From contig JAFVYN010000034.1 of NCBI GenBank assembly GCA_017508605.1, forward strand, positions 47 to 64,046: DNA of 64,000 bases, read 5' to 3'. This document shows positions 52,166 through 61,943 of the stretch, piece after piece. Made by a program: the position numbers and the translations under genes. Origin of the DNA: Clostridia bacterium. Its GTDB lineage: Bacteria > Bacillota > Clostridia > Oscillospirales > CAG-272. A model generated the notes under the pieces. The model was not told the origin of the DNA. It searched no databases and saw nothing but the letters and a program-made list of their open reading frames with translations. Positions within the stretch are counted from its first letter, which is position 1. Every line of letters starts with the position of its first letter.

Positions 52166-53737
52166 TCAGTGATGTTCTTTTTCCAAAAAATAAACCATCG
52201 AATCCGAAAGCGCCTGCCAGCTGGCATCGATGATGTCGGGCGAAACGCCGACCGTCCGCCAGACAGCCGTACCGTCAGTCGTGCTGACACGGACGAGAAC
52301 CTTGGACGCAGTATTACTGCCGCTGTCAAGCACACGAACGGTATAGTCGCACAGACGGATCGAGGCAATGCTCGGATAAAAACGGATGAGCGCCTTACGA
52401 AGCGCTAAGTCAAGCGCGTTGACAGGACCTTCGCCCTCGGCGGCAGTGATCTCCTCCGCTCCTCCGACAGAGATCTTAACGGTTGCCGAGCAGATCGGCT
52501 CACGCTCCTTCTGACTTTCGAGGATCAGCACGCGGAAATTCTGAAGCGCGAAGAAACGGTTGACGCTTTCGCCAAACGCTGCCTCACGAAGGCGCAGGGA
52601 CAGTGAACCTTCAGCATCCTCAAAGCGATATCCCTCTGCCTCGAGCGATTTAACGGTATCGACCGCCTTCTGCACCAAGGGGGAATCCTTGGAAAGCGTG
52701 GGCGAAAATTCCAGCATCTTGGCGTGGATCGCGCTTCTGCCCGACAGCGAGGTCACAAGAATGTTCCGCTCGTTGCCCACAAGGGAGGGGTCGATATGCT
52801 CAAAGGAAGCGGGGTCCTTATGGACCGCATCCACGTGCATGCCCGCCTTGTGCGTGAATGCCGAGCCGCCCACAAAAGGCTCACGCTCGTCAAAGGCACG
52901 GTTGGCAACCTCGTTGATATAGCGCGCCACCGAGGTCAGATGCGAAAGCTTGCCCTCAGGGAGAAGCTGATAGCCCATTTTCAGCTGTAACAGAGGCACA
53001 ACGGTCGACAGATTGGCGTTTCCGCATCGCTCACCGATGCCCGATACCGTCACCTGCACCGAATCCGCGCCGCCCAGCACACCCGACAGCGTACAAGCCA
53101 CCGCCATACCGAGATCGTTATGGGTGTGAATACCGATATGCGCCTCTTTGAACTCCGCTCTGACACGCTCGGTTACCATACCGATGATATCGGGGAGCAT
53201 GTCGCCGTTGGTGTCGCAAAGCACGATTGCGCTCGCCCCCGCCTGAAGAGCGGTTTTCAGCACCGTCATGGCATAGGGCGCGTCATCGGCATAGCCGTTG
53301 AAGAAATGCTCGGCGTCGAAAAAGACTTCCTTGCCCTTTGACACGAGGTAAGAAACGGTGTCATGGATCATCCGAAGGTTTTCCTCGGGCGTGGTTCTCA
53401 GAATATCTCTGACGTGTCCGAGATGCGCCTTGCCGAAGATTGTGATCGCCTCAAGCGGACAGCTTGCCGCCCTCACCAGCGCCTCGTTGTCCTCCACACG
53501 GGTGTTCGGATACCGTGTCGCGCCAAATCCCACCAGCCTTGCGTGTTCAAGCTCCATCGCCGAAGCCCGCTCAAAAAGGCGCAGATCCTCCGAAAGCGCG
53601 AAATTACCGATCTCGACATAGTCCACCCCAAGTGAATCCAGAGAGCGGATGATCTTGATCTTATCCTGCTCGGTAAAGGAAATGCCAAAGCCCTGCGCGC
53701 CGTCGCGCAGTGTTGTATCAAATACCTGAATTTTCAT
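52166..53737 (-). CDS. cimA: Citramalate synthase / 2-isopropylmalate-synthase family (CimA-type length with LeuA-dimer domain)
   Basis: MKIQVFDTTLRDGAQG...GVDYVEIG, then HTHNDLGMAVA. 523 aa. Confidence 0.75.
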   Translation of the reverse strand: MKIQVFDTTLRDGAQGFGISFTEQDKIKIIRSLDSLGVDYVEIGNFALSEDLRLFERASAMELEHARLVGFGATRYPNTRVEDNEALVRAASCPLEAITIFGKAHLGHVRDILRTTPEENLRMIHDTVSYLVSKGKEVFFDAEHFFNGYADDAPYAMTVLKTALQAGASAIVLCDTNGDMLPDIIGMVTERVRAEFKEAHIGIHTHNDLGMAVACTLSGVLGGADSVQVTVSGIGERCGNANLSTVVPLLQLKMGYQLLPEGKLSHLTSVARYINEVANRAFDEREPFVGGSAFTHKAGMHVDAVHKDPASFEHIDPSLVGNERNILVTSLSGRSAIHAKMLEFSPTLSKDSPLVQKAVDTVKSLEAEGYRFEDAEGSLSLRLREAAFGESVNRFFALQNFRVLILESQKEREPICSATVKISVGGAEEITAAEGEGPVNALDLALRKALIRFYPSIASIRLCDYTVRVLDSGSNTASKVLVRVSTTDGTAVWRTVGVSPDIIDASWQALSDSMVYFLEKEHH

Positions 53738-53755
53738 AATCCGTTCCTTTCACGG

Positions 53756-54517
53756 TCATACAATCGGAAATAGCAGTGCTACACGGTCATTTTTGCCGTA
53801 ATCCTTGTATACCTCACAGGTATAGCCAAGTCCTGCGGCAAGCGATCTGATCGCCTCGCCCTGATCGAAGCCGATCTCGAAGAGAAATCCCCCGCCCTTC
53901 TTGAGGGCGGCTCTGTGGCGTATCAGAAGCGCGCGGTAAAAATCCATGCCATCCCGTCCGCCGTCGAGCGCAAGGATCGGCTCGTAAGACAGCGAGGGAT
54001 AGCGCGCGATATCATCGGTCGGAATATAGGGCGGATTGGAGAGGATAAGATCAAAGCTTTCGTTGGGAAAGATGATCTCCTTCATATCGCCGCGGATGAA
54101 TTCCACCCGCTCCGACAGACCGAGCGAGGCGGCGTTTTTCTCAGCTACCGCCAACGCCTTTTCGCTGAGGTCGAGCGCCACCGCTCTGCTGTCGGGACAG
54201 TGCTTGAGTACCGTCAGCGCGATCGCGCCGCTGCCCGTCCCGAGATCGGCAAAGACAGACCCCTTTTTCAGAAGCGGGATCGCCTTTTCGCAAAGACGCT
54301 CGGTATCGGGTCGGGGAATAAGAACACGCTCATCCACGTAAAAGAGGCTGTCGAAAAAATACGCCTCGTTGGTGATGTACGCCAAGGGCTTACCCTCTTC
54401 GATCATCGCCTTTGCCTCGTTGATCTTGTCACTGAGCGCCGTTCCCGAATAGCCCCTGCGGGTAAAACAGTCAAAAAGCAGCTCCCGTTCGGGGTCATTG
54501 GTATGAAAAAAAGCCAT
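53756..54517 (-). CDS. prmC: Release-factor glutamine N5-methyltransferase
   Basis: VLIPRPDTE, SAM motif DLGTGSGAIAL and catalytic NPPY (SNPPYIP). Confidence 0.85.
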   Translation of the reverse strand: MAFFHTNDPERELLFDCFTRRGYSGTALSDKINEAKAMIEEGKPLAYITNEAYFFDSLFYVDERVLIPRPDTERLCEKAIPLLKKGSVFADLGTGSGAIALTVLKHCPDSRAVALDLSEKALAVAEKNAASLGLSERVEFIRGDMKEIIFPNESFDLILSNPPYIPTDDIARYPSLSYEPILALDGGRDGMDFYRALLIRHRAALKKGGGFLFEIGFDQGEAIRSLAAGLGYTCEVYKDYGKNDRVALLFPIV

Positions 54518-54526
54518 GAAGCCTCC

Positions 54527-55009
54527 TCATTCAGCCAGATTGATCACAGAAACGCCCTTTTTCTTGGCGTAACGCACCGTTGCCGCCGTGCCGCCCTCCT
54601 CACGCTGCATATACGCTATGACAAGGGAGGCATGATCCACCATATAACGGTTTCTCAGCATCATGCAAAAGCGGGTGTAATGCTCGCAGAGTATCTCCAC
54701 GTGATCGGCGCGCTGTAAAATGCTCTCATACAGCAGGCGGTCGCTCTCCTGCCAGCGTTTTGCCTGCTCGGGACAGGGGACGGCAACCGTCAGCGTCAGG
54801 TCGGGATATGTCGTTTTCATATTCAGAACGGTCAGCGCCGCCAGCGTATCAAAGCCGAGCGCGCCCCCGCAGTAATAGTCGGTATAGCCTTTCTGATACA
54901 GCTCCTCCACCGTACGGTAAAGCTTCTCGCAAAGGGCGGACACCGTCTCTTTGTCGAGATCCCGATGCCCCGTAAAGGCAACGGCATGCTGTTTGTCTTC
55001 CATTGGCAA
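54527..55009 (-). CDS. SLOG-fold DUF1273 (YpsA-like) protein
   Basis: AVAFTGHRDL... and ..YYCGGALGFDTLAA.. are characteristic of DUF1273. Confidence 0.65.
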   Translation of the reverse strand: MPMEDKQHAVAFTGHRDLDKETVSALCEKLYRTVEELYQKGYTDYYCGGALGFDTLAALTVLNMKTTYPDLTLTVAVPCPEQAKRWQESDRLLYESILQRADHVEILCEHYTRFCMMLRNRYMVDHASLVIAYMQREEGGTAATVRYAKKKGVSVINLAE

Positions 55010-55017
55010 AAGCCTCC

Positions 55018-57153
55018 TTAGGTCGTTGTGCCGTGCTGTTGACGGCGAAAATCCGAAAGTGCCTCCACCAGCGCTTCGTGATCACACAGCGTGGGGTTGG
55101 TATTGAGAAGAGCGGCAGCCTCGGTGAATGCCGCCGTAAAGAGCGCGGTATCCTCACACTGCGAGGCAATGCGGAATCTGACCTCTCCGCTCTGCCTCGT
55201 GGCATCCGCACCGGTGAGAAAATCACCGGGACCGCGCTGTTGAAGATCAAACTCGGCGATCTCAAAGCCGTCAGACGTCGAGCAGAGCGCGCGAAGACGG
55301 CGGAGCGACTCCTCGTTTTCGGTACTGCTCATGAGTATACACCAGGATTTATATCTGCCTCTGCCCACGCGGCCGCGGAGCTGATGCAGCTGAGAAAGCC
55401 CGAAGCGGTCGGCATTTTCGATCACCATCAGGGTAGCGTTCGGAATATTCACTCCGACCTCGATGACCGTCGTCGCGACGAGGACTGAGATCTCGCCTGA
55501 CTCAAACCGACTCATGACCGCGTCCTTTTCTTTTGACGACATTCTGCCGTGCAGACAGCCCACCGTCACATCAGGCAGACAGCGGGAAAGCTCTTCGGCA
55601 TAATCGACGGCGTAGCGGATAGGAAGCTTTTCGATCACCTTGCCGTCAAGACCGACAAGCGAGGCACCCTTTTCGTCCTCGTCCTCATCGATCTCCTCAA
55701 TGGCGGGACAAACGATATAGACCTGCCGTTTTTCAAGCGCCTGCTTACGGATAAAGCCGTTCAGACGCGCGCGGTAGCTTTCGTCACAAAGAAAGGTTGA
55801 GACCTTTTGTCTGCCGGGAGGCATCATATTCACCGAAGAGACCGCCATATCGCCGTAAAGCGCAAGTGCCAGGGTGCGCGGGATCGGAGTGGCGCTCATC
55901 ACAAGGGTGTGAAGCGCGGTTTCGCCCGCCGTCTTTTCCGAAAGCGCCTGCCGTTGGCGGATACCGAAACGGTGCTGTTCGTCGGTGATCACCAAAGCGG
56001 GACGGCGAAATCCGACACCCTCCGATAATAAAGCGTGCGTGCCGATCACAAAATCGATCTCACCGTTTTTTAACTGTTCGTGGAGCATGCGCTTTTCCGA
56101 AGGCTTCAGCGCCCCGATCAGAAGCGCAGTCTTCATGCCAAACGCCGTAAAGGTCGGCGCAAGATCCGCGTAGTGCTGCCGTGCCAGGATCTCGGTCGGC
56201 GCCATCATGGCTGCCTGATACCCGCCCGACACCGCAAGATAAGCGGCAAAGGCGGCGATCACCGTCTTACCGCTGCCCACGTCACCGCTGACAAGACGGT
56301 GCATGGCATAGCCCGAGGCAAGATCATCTCGGATCTCACGGCAAGCCGCAAGCTGTGCCTCGGTCATGGTAAAGGGGAGCGCCTTGAAAAAGCGGGCAAC
56401 AATGCCGTCGGATACCGTAATGGGGTATCCCTTGACAGCCGTTTTCTCGCGTCTGCCCTCGGCAAGCGAAAGGGCGAACAAAAACAGCTCCTCAAAGATA
56501 AAATAGCGCCTTGCCCCCTCAAGCGCTTCGGGATTGCGGGGACTGTGCAGGGTGTACAGTGCCTCCCGAAGGCTTAAAAGCGAATGCCTCTCTCTGACCT
56601 CTTCGGGCAGGATCTCCTCGACCGCATCGAGGGATGCCAGCGCGATCCCCACCGTCGAGCGCATCATTTTCTGCGAAATGCCCGCCCCGATCGGATAGAC
56701 CGGCACGTAGTCGGGCAGCCGCCTCACCGAATCGTAAGGCTCAAACTGAGGGGAGGAGAGCGACCATCTGCCGCGCTGAAAAGTAAGCCTTCCCCAGAAC
56801 CGATAGGTCGCGCCGAGCGAAAAGGCGTCCTTGATATAATTCTGATTGAAAAAGACAACGTCACATTTGCCCGTATCGTCAAAGACCTGAAATTTCGTCA
56901 GCACCTTGCGATTGGGCAGCTGTGTCGAAACGGGTCGGGTCGCCACCGTCAGAAGCATGGCGCATGGCTCAGGGGTCATGCCTGCCTCGGCGAGCGTGCG
57001 GATATCCCCACGGTTCTGATAGGCACGGGGAAAGCGTCTCAAGAGATCTCCCACGGTGTGGATGCCGAGCTTTTCAAACATCTCGCCCTTTTTCGGCCCG
57101 ATGCCCGCAAGCGCCGTTATCTTACTGCCAAGCGTGATCATCCCATCCCCCAT
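55018..57153 (-). CDS. recG: ATP-dependent DNA helicase RecG
   Basis: The wedge-domain N-terminus is followed by helicase motifs: GDVGSGKT, DEQHRFG, SATPIPRT, and TTVIEVGVNIPNAT with LHQLRGRVGRG. An alternative start lies at 57141. Confidence 0.92.
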   Translation of the reverse strand: MGDGMITLGSKITALAGIGPKKGEMFEKLGIHTVGDLLRRFPRAYQNRGDIRTLAEAGMTPEPCAMLLTVATRPVSTQLPNRKVLTKFQVFDDTGKCDVVFFNQNYIKDAFSLGATYRFWGRLTFQRGRWSLSSPQFEPYDSVRRLPDYVPVYPIGAGISQKMMRSTVGIALASLDAVEEILPEEVRERHSLLSLREALYTLHSPRNPEALEGARRYFIFEELFLFALSLAEGRREKTAVKGYPITVSDGIVARFFKALPFTMTEAQLAACREIRDDLASGYAMHRLVSGDVGSGKTVIAAFAAYLAVSGGYQAAMMAPTEILARQHYADLAPTFTAFGMKTALLIGALKPSEKRMLHEQLKNGEIDFVIGTHALLSEGVGFRRPALVITDEQHRFGIRQRQALSEKTAGETALHTLVMSATPIPRTLALALYGDMAVSSVNMMPPGRQKVSTFLCDESYRARLNGFIRKQALEKRQVYIVCPAIEEIDEDEDEKGASLVGLDGKVIEKLPIRYAVDYAEELSRCLPDVTVGCLHGRMSSKEKDAVMSRFESGEISVLVATTVIEVGVNIPNATLMVIENADRFGLSQLHQLRGRVGRGRYKSWCILMSSTENEESLRRLRALCSTSDGFEIAEFDLQQRGPGDFLTGADATRQSGEVRFRIASQCEDTALFTAAFTEAAALLNTNPTLCDHEALVEALSDFRRQQHGTTT

Positions 57154-57290
57154 TTCGTATTCTTACCCGACGGCGAAGACCCTCACCGCCGCCGATATTC
57201 ATCCATAATAATCTTACCACACCCACATCCTTTTGTCAAGAATTCTTTCAAAAAAGGAAGGCCTGCCCGATACCTGCAAGTCAAAATGCG

Positions 57291-57329
57291 AAAAAAACTG
57301 TCCATGACGCAAATCGCGTCATGGACAGT
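57291..57329 (-). terminator. Rho-independent terminator ending the SGNH-hydrolase transcription unit
   Basis: ACTGTCCATGACGC-(5 nt)-GCGTCATGGACAGT with a 7-nt U-tract on the minus strand. Confidence 0.8.
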
Positions 57330-57369
57330 TTTATGAATTCTCAGAAGGACAGGATAGACCGCGAGACAG

Positions 57370-57633
57370 TTATGCCGCCGTGTAGGTCGCCTCCGTCACC
57401 GTTGTGCCGGAGGGTGCGCCGGTGATCACAACGCCGAAGATCACAAAGCCTTCTTCGGCCTTGTAAATGTCGAGATTGCCGTTGACAAGCACCTGAACGA
57501 TAGAAAAGCTGGTATCGTTCGGTCAGAATGCCCGGATGAAACCGTAGCTTGAAGCCTTGTCAAGCGTCACGGTAAAATCGACCGTACCGCCCGCACCGCC
57601 CGAGCGGAAGTAAGCAAGCTTGCCCGAGGGCAT
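57370..57633 (-). pseudogene. CBM-like beta-sandwich remnant interrupted by an in-frame TGA, in phase with the upstream SGNH hydrolase
   Basis: The ATG at 57633 directly follows the SGNH stop (TGA 57636-57634). The frame reads MPSGKLAYFRSGGAGGTVDFTVTLDKASSYGFIRAF-TGA(57525-57523)-PNDTSFSIVQVLVNGNLDIYKAEEGFVIFGVVITGAPSGTTVTEATYTAA-TAA(57372-57370). Confidence 0.45.
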
Positions 57634-58923
57634 TCAGGACATGCTCTCGTCTTCCCATGCTCTCAAAAGGGTCGAGAGCTTTTCCGCCATCAGAATGTGT
57701 CCGCGGTCATTGGGATGAAGCTGATCGGGGAAATTGGCTTTGCCCACCTCTTCCTTTGTGAAGGTATACATATCGAAAAAGCGGCTCTTCACACCCATTG
57801 CCTCAAAGCGGGCGGGCAAAAGCGCCTGCAGGGTGCGTACCTTTTCACTGCCCGAGCCACTTGTTCCGTAATACATCGGACAGTTCATGACGACCACCTC
57901 CACACGGTCATTGTTGAAGGTCAATTCCTCCACGAGCCTCTCGGCGGAGGAAAGATACTTCTCATCCGAGGAAGCTGGCCAGGAGCGGTCGAAATAGGAA
58001 TCGTTCGTACCGAGCATCAGAAGAGCGTAATCATACATCGGCGCGTACCGTCTCATGGCGGCATGCGGTACCGTACCCCGATAATGCGAGGCGAGATCGT
58101 CACGCATGGTCTTGCCGCTGTTTCCGAGGTTGACAATGAGATAGTCCTGCCAGAGAATGCGCCCCAAAACGGCGGGATAGGCGTGGAAATCGCGTGCGGT
58201 AGAGCCTGCACCCTCGGTGATGCTGTCACCGATGCAAGCGACGGTGATCAGATCGACCTTTGTCGAAAAATCGGTATTTGCATCAAAGGTAAAGCTGTCA
58301 ATACCCGCCGCCATCCGCTCGACGAGCGCCCTCTCCACACTGTCCCAGGCGTGATAGGTGGAGGCGTAGCAGTATGACTCTCTTTTGTTGCCCGTGTAAG
58401 GGGTGGAGACGTATCCCGCGCCCACCACAAGCTTTGTGCCGACAAGCTTCACACAGGTCTTGAAAACGTCCATCGTATCAAGCGCGTCGCTCTCTTCACG
58501 GTTGGTCGGACCGACGAGGATCTCATACATGGCGGGGTCACTCTCGCTGTCACGGACAACAGAAAGCACCGTACCGGTCTTTTCGGCAATGCGCGCCTTG
58601 ATATCCTCGGCAATGAGCTTGAAAAAATCATGCTCGGTTGAGAATGCCTCAAGCACCGAAGGGCTGTAAAGACTGTCGGCATACACGATGGTATAGGCGG
58701 ACAGCGGCTTGTCTTCAAGGATGATCCCGATCTTTGTCACGGGCGGCTTTTCGGCAGTCGGCTTCGTACTCGAGACCGTCGGCTCAGCAGTCGGGGGGAG
58801 CGCCGTCGTCAGAGCGGCGCTTTCGGAATTCTCGGCTGACGTGGTGACGTCGGACTGCGCCGCGCAGGAAAAGAGCGACACCAAGGCTGTCAGCAATATC
58901 AAAAGCAGTAAAAGTTTTTTCAA
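57634..58923 (-). CDS. SGNH/GDSL-family hydrolase lipoprotein
   Basis: Lipobox LVSLFSC. Block I is VACIGDSITEG, followed by ..GTND.. and the C-terminal DQLHPNDRGH block. Confidence 0.8.
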   Translation of the reverse strand: MKKLLLLLILLTALVSLFSCAAQSDVTTSAENSESAALTTALPPTAEPTVSSTKPTAEKPPVTKIGIILEDKPLSAYTIVYADSLYSPSVLEAFSTEHDFFKLIAEDIKARIAEKTGTVLSVVRDSESDPAMYEILVGPTNREESDALDTMDVFKTCVKLVGTKLVVGAGYVSTPYTGNKRESYCYASTYHAWDSVERALVERMAAGIDSFTFDANTDFSTKVDLITVACIGDSITEGAGSTARDFHAYPAVLGRILWQDYLIVNLGNSGKTMRDDLASHYRGTVPHAAMRRYAPMYDYALLMLGTNDSYFDRSWPASSDEKYLSSAERLVEELTFNNDRVEVVVMNCPMYYGTSGSGSEKVRTLQALLPARFEAMGVKSRFFDMYTFTKEEVGKANFPDQLHPNDRGHILMAEKLSTLLRAWEDESMS

Positions 58924-59075
58924 GAAAAGCCTCCCGTTCGTTAAAAAGTTCGAAATGATATTTTATTTTACCATGTATTTATAAAAAAATCAAGATACAT
59001 GAGGAGCTTTTCCCGTTATTTATGTCCCCGTCGCGGGATCGCGCACCCGCGCGTCGGGGATTTTTCCGAAACCCC

Positions 59076-59104
59076 TTGCATAAATCCGAAATATTTGGTA
59101 TACT
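59076..59104 (+). promoter_or_regulatory. Sigma-A-type promoter (TTGCAT-17-TATACT)
   Basis: TTGCAT at 59076-59081 and TATACT at 59099-59104, ~30 nt upstream of the ATG at 59134. Confidence 0.5.
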
Positions 59105-59133
59105 AAGAGTAACGAAAACTCCCGGAGGCAACG

Positions 59134-59391
59134 ATGATCCTGAAAGGCGATATCTTAAAAAACTCCTTACGGCAAAAAGGAGTCGCGGCACTGGAAAAGC
59201 TGCCCTCTCCCTCGGTCCGCTGTCATTTTGATGACGGGCAGGACTATTACGGAAAAAACAGCTCAGCACCCTTGTTTTCCTGGCACGTGAAGGGCGATTT
59301 CAGACTGCCCCTTCTCCCCGTGATCAGCGCCGCCGCCCTTCTGGGATGCGCCGCCGCCGTCAAAACCGTTTTCAAACACAAACACAAGTGA
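59134..59391 (+). CDS. Hypothetical small protein with a C-terminal hydrophobic helix
   Basis: 85 aa with RBS GGAGG and its own promoter. It ends 8 nt before the GNAT gene. Confidence 0.45.
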   Translation: MILKGDILKNSLRQKGVAALEKLPSPSVRCHFDDGQDYYGKNSSAPLFSWHVKGDFRLPLLPVISAAALLGCAAAVKTVFKHKHK

Positions 59392-59398
59392 GGTAACC

Positions 59399-60535
59399 AT
59401 GGCAAAACTGCAAAAGGGCTATCCCTTTTTCTTCGAGTATATTGATTTCATCAACTATTGCTTCGGGATGAACGGCACCACCCACGCCTTCGATAAGCTT
59501 TTGCCGAAGCTCTATGCCAACAATAAATCATCGGGCAACGATACCTATTTTGCGCTCGAAAACGATAAGATCATCGGCACGGTGCTTGCCTATCCTTTGA
59601 CCTTCTCGGTCGCGGGCAAGACCCTCACGGCACGCGGCATCGGTTCGGTTGCGACCCATCCCCGTTACCGCGGCGAGGGTTTTATGAAAAAGCTGATGAA
59701 AAAGGCGCTCGACGATATGGTAAAGGACCGCATTGCCTTTGCGGTGCTGGGCGGCAGACGCGGACGTTACCGTCATTTCGGCTTTGAAAAATGCGACGCC
59801 ATGACCTATTACGCCCTTACGCCCAAAACCGTCTCCTATCTTCAGCCCAATACCGAGGGCTATTCGATCAGGGAGATCAAGCGCGATGACACCAAATTGC
59901 TCAATCTCCTACATATCCACATGCACAAGCGCCCCTATTACACCGTCCGCCCACGCAAGGAGCTTTTCGACATCCTCGTTTCGTGGCAGTCCATTCCCTA
60001 TGCTTATTTCAAGGGCGACACCCTCGTCGGCTGGGCGATCCATTACCGCTCCAAGCGTCAGCTTTCGGAATTTGAATATCTCAATACCTCCGACGTACCT
60101 GCCATGCTTGCCCTCTCGACCGCGCGCTTTGGCGATATTTCAGTCGCCGTCCCCGTGTATGAAAAGGAAAAAGCGGCGCTGATCGACCCCTATGCCGAAA
60201 ATGTCACCTCGGTCTCCAACGAGTGCTTTCTCGTTCTCGACTGGCTCACCACCCTCGATGCGCTCTTTTCCCTGCAAAAAGAAAGCCGTCCCTTGTGCGA
60301 CGGCAAAATGACGGTAGAGATCGAGGGCTATCAGCGTACCGTCACGCTGACCGTCACCGTGAAGAACGGCATCCCCGCCGTATACGAGGGCGGAACCCCC
60401 GAGCTGACGCTGACCCTCCCCGAGGCTGAGCTTTTCTTCTTCCGCAATATCGCCCCAAAGCGCGCCGCCGTCTCCCCCGAAGCCGCTTCGTGGCTGCCCC
60501 TCCCCCTCTTCATCCACGAATGCGATAACGTGTAA
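59399..60535 (+). CDS. GNAT-family N-acetyltransferase (Eis-like three-domain size)
   Basis: The acetyl-CoA-binding segment reads IGSVATHPRYRGEGFMKKLMKKALDDM. 378 aa. Confidence 0.75.
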   Translation: MAKLQKGYPFFFEYIDFINYCFGMNGTTHAFDKLLPKLYANNKSSGNDTYFALENDKIIGTVLAYPLTFSVAGKTLTARGIGSVATHPRYRGEGFMKKLMKKALDDMVKDRIAFAVLGGRRGRYRHFGFEKCDAMTYYALTPKTVSYLQPNTEGYSIREIKRDDTKLLNLLHIHMHKRPYYTVRPRKELFDILVSWQSIPYAYFKGDTLVGWAIHYRSKRQLSEFEYLNTSDVPAMLALSTARFGDISVAVPVYEKEKAALIDPYAENVTSVSNECFLVLDWLTTLDALFSLQKESRPLCDGKMTVEIEGYQRTVTLTVTVKNGIPAVYEGGTPELTLTLPEAELFFFRNIAPKRAAVSPEAASWLPLPLFIHECDNV

Positions 60536-60625
60536 GTCCCCTGTCCCGCCAAAAGGATCTCCGCAAAAGACCCTTACACCGTGAATGCCTTACCGCACCC
60601 CCGTCCTTCAGGCACTCAACATACC

Positions 60626-60677
60626 AAAAGCCTCACGCCGCGTTGGTAGCACCCAACGCGGCGCAAGGCTTTTTTCT
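60626..60677 (+). terminator. Rho-independent terminator
   Basis: AAAAGCCTCACGCCGCGTTGG-(6 nt)-CCAACGCGGCGCAAGGCTTTTTT. Confidence 0.8.
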
Positions 60678-60763
60678 GTTATGTGCCATTCTATCCCGTC
60701 ATGCACACCGTCTTATCTCATCAAATCGCATCATTTTGTGTCATATCCCGCCCAAAAGGGCTT

Positions 60764-61831
60764 TCATGAAAAATTCAGCGACCAGATCGCCTCGGCGATC
60801 CCGGGGGTCATAAAGTCGGTGGCGATAATGCCGACGAGGGCGGGCTTTTCTCCAAGATAGGAAAGCAGCAAGGGATTCACGTGATCCTTGATGGTGTTGA
60901 TATTCGGGATACTGAAGAGGCCGGGCTTGTAGCCTGAGGTATTGTTGAGATAATAGCATCTCGCATCGGGAGTTTTCATCACGTTGAAGAATGTCTCAAC
61001 CGCCGTCCACTTGGCGGCACCGCTGTCGTTCTGATAATAATCCTGGGCGCGAAGCTTGTATGCGCCGTTGGTGATCGTAAAATCCGAGGAATTATCGGCA
61101 AAATCGTGCGAGGCATCGAATCCGTAGCTGCCCGAGGTACCGAAGCGGCGCATGAGAACACATTTGCCGCGCACCTTACCGAGCGTCGGAATGTCACTGC
61201 CGGTATACCATTTGGCGCTCTCTTCCGAAAGCTTGGCTTTGACCATGGTATCGAACGCCTGATTCTCGCCCTCGGCATCCGATTCCTCCTTGATACAGAC
61301 GATCAGAGCCTCGGAAGGGTTCTTGTCAAGGAAGGTATAGAACGCCGTCAATACCTCGTCAAAGGAGAGCTTCTGGTCGACCGTGCCGTGGTAGACGTGC
61401 AAAGCACCGTTCACACGGCGAAGACGGATGTCAAAATAGCGCACGCCTGCCGTAAGCTGTTCGGCGATCGTCAGCGTCTGGCATTTTGCCGTTCCCGCAA
61501 GGATCATATCGACCGTTGCGCCGCTGTCATGTGTACCGGGCAGAGCGATCATCGAAAGCGGGGTGTTATCGTCAATGGCAATCATAAAATTCTCCGCCGT
61601 ATAGGTAATGGGCGCCGTTGTCACGGGTACGGTGGTCACGTCGGGCTGTGTACTTGTCACGGTCGGGGCTTGTGAGGTGGTTTTGTCGGTAGTGGTGATC
61701 AAAGCTGTCGAAACGGTGGTGTCATTTTCGGTACTGCCGTGCTGTTCAGTCGTGATCTCAGCGTCAGCGCAAGCGGCAAACACCAGGATCGCCATAAGCA
61801 AAAGGCAGAGGCAAAGGCATACGCGTTTCAT
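60764..61831 (-). CDS. Secreted PI-PLC X-domain phospholipase C-like lipoprotein
   Basis: Lipobox ILVFAAC followed by a Thr-rich linker. The catalytic X-box landmarks are IALPGTHDSGA and VRYFDIRLR. Confidence 0.78.
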   Translation of the reverse strand: MKRVCLCLCLLLMAILVFAACADAEITTEQHGSTENDTTVSTALITTTDKTTSQAPTVTSTQPDVTTVPVTTAPITYTAENFMIAIDDNTPLSMIALPGTHDSGATVDMILAGTAKCQTLTIAEQLTAGVRYFDIRLRRVNGALHVYHGTVDQKLSFDEVLTAFYTFLDKNPSEALIVCIKEESDAEGENQAFDTMVKAKLSEESAKWYTGSDIPTLGKVRGKCVLMRRFGTSGSYGFDASHDFADNSSDFTITNGAYKLRAQDYYQNDSGAAKWTAVETFFNVMKTPDARCYYLNNTSGYKPGLFSIPNINTIKDHVNPLLLSYLGEKPALVGIIATDFMTPGIAEAIWSLNFS

Positions 61832-61900
61832 AAATATCTCACTTTCTTTTGAAGGTATTTTGATTATACCACAGTCTCAAGCATATTGCAACACTTACAC

Positions 61901-61934
61901 AAAAAACGGAACGGCAAGAACCGTTCCGTTTTTT
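61901..61934. terminator. Bidirectional rho-independent terminator
   Basis: AAAAAACGGAACGG-CAAGAA-CCGTTCCGTTTTTT. Confidence 0.85.
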
Positions 61935-61943
61935 GTGTGGAAA

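Noticed and set aside
54527-55009. The SLOG-fold DUF1273 protein considered as a Thoeris ThsA-like partner for the TIR proteins.
   Set aside because: It lies 15-40 kb from either TIR gene. It is embedded between recG and prmC in a housekeeping context and resembles YpsA-type DUF1273 rather than SIR2/Macro-SLOG ThsA.
57523-57636. Selenocysteine or genome-wide TGA reassignment as an explanation for the two in-frame TGA codons.
   Set aside because: TGA terminates many well-defined genes in this window (for example the capsid-like gene at 1809-1811). I saw no convincing SECIS-like hairpin just 3' of either TGA. Pseudogenisation is the simpler explanation.
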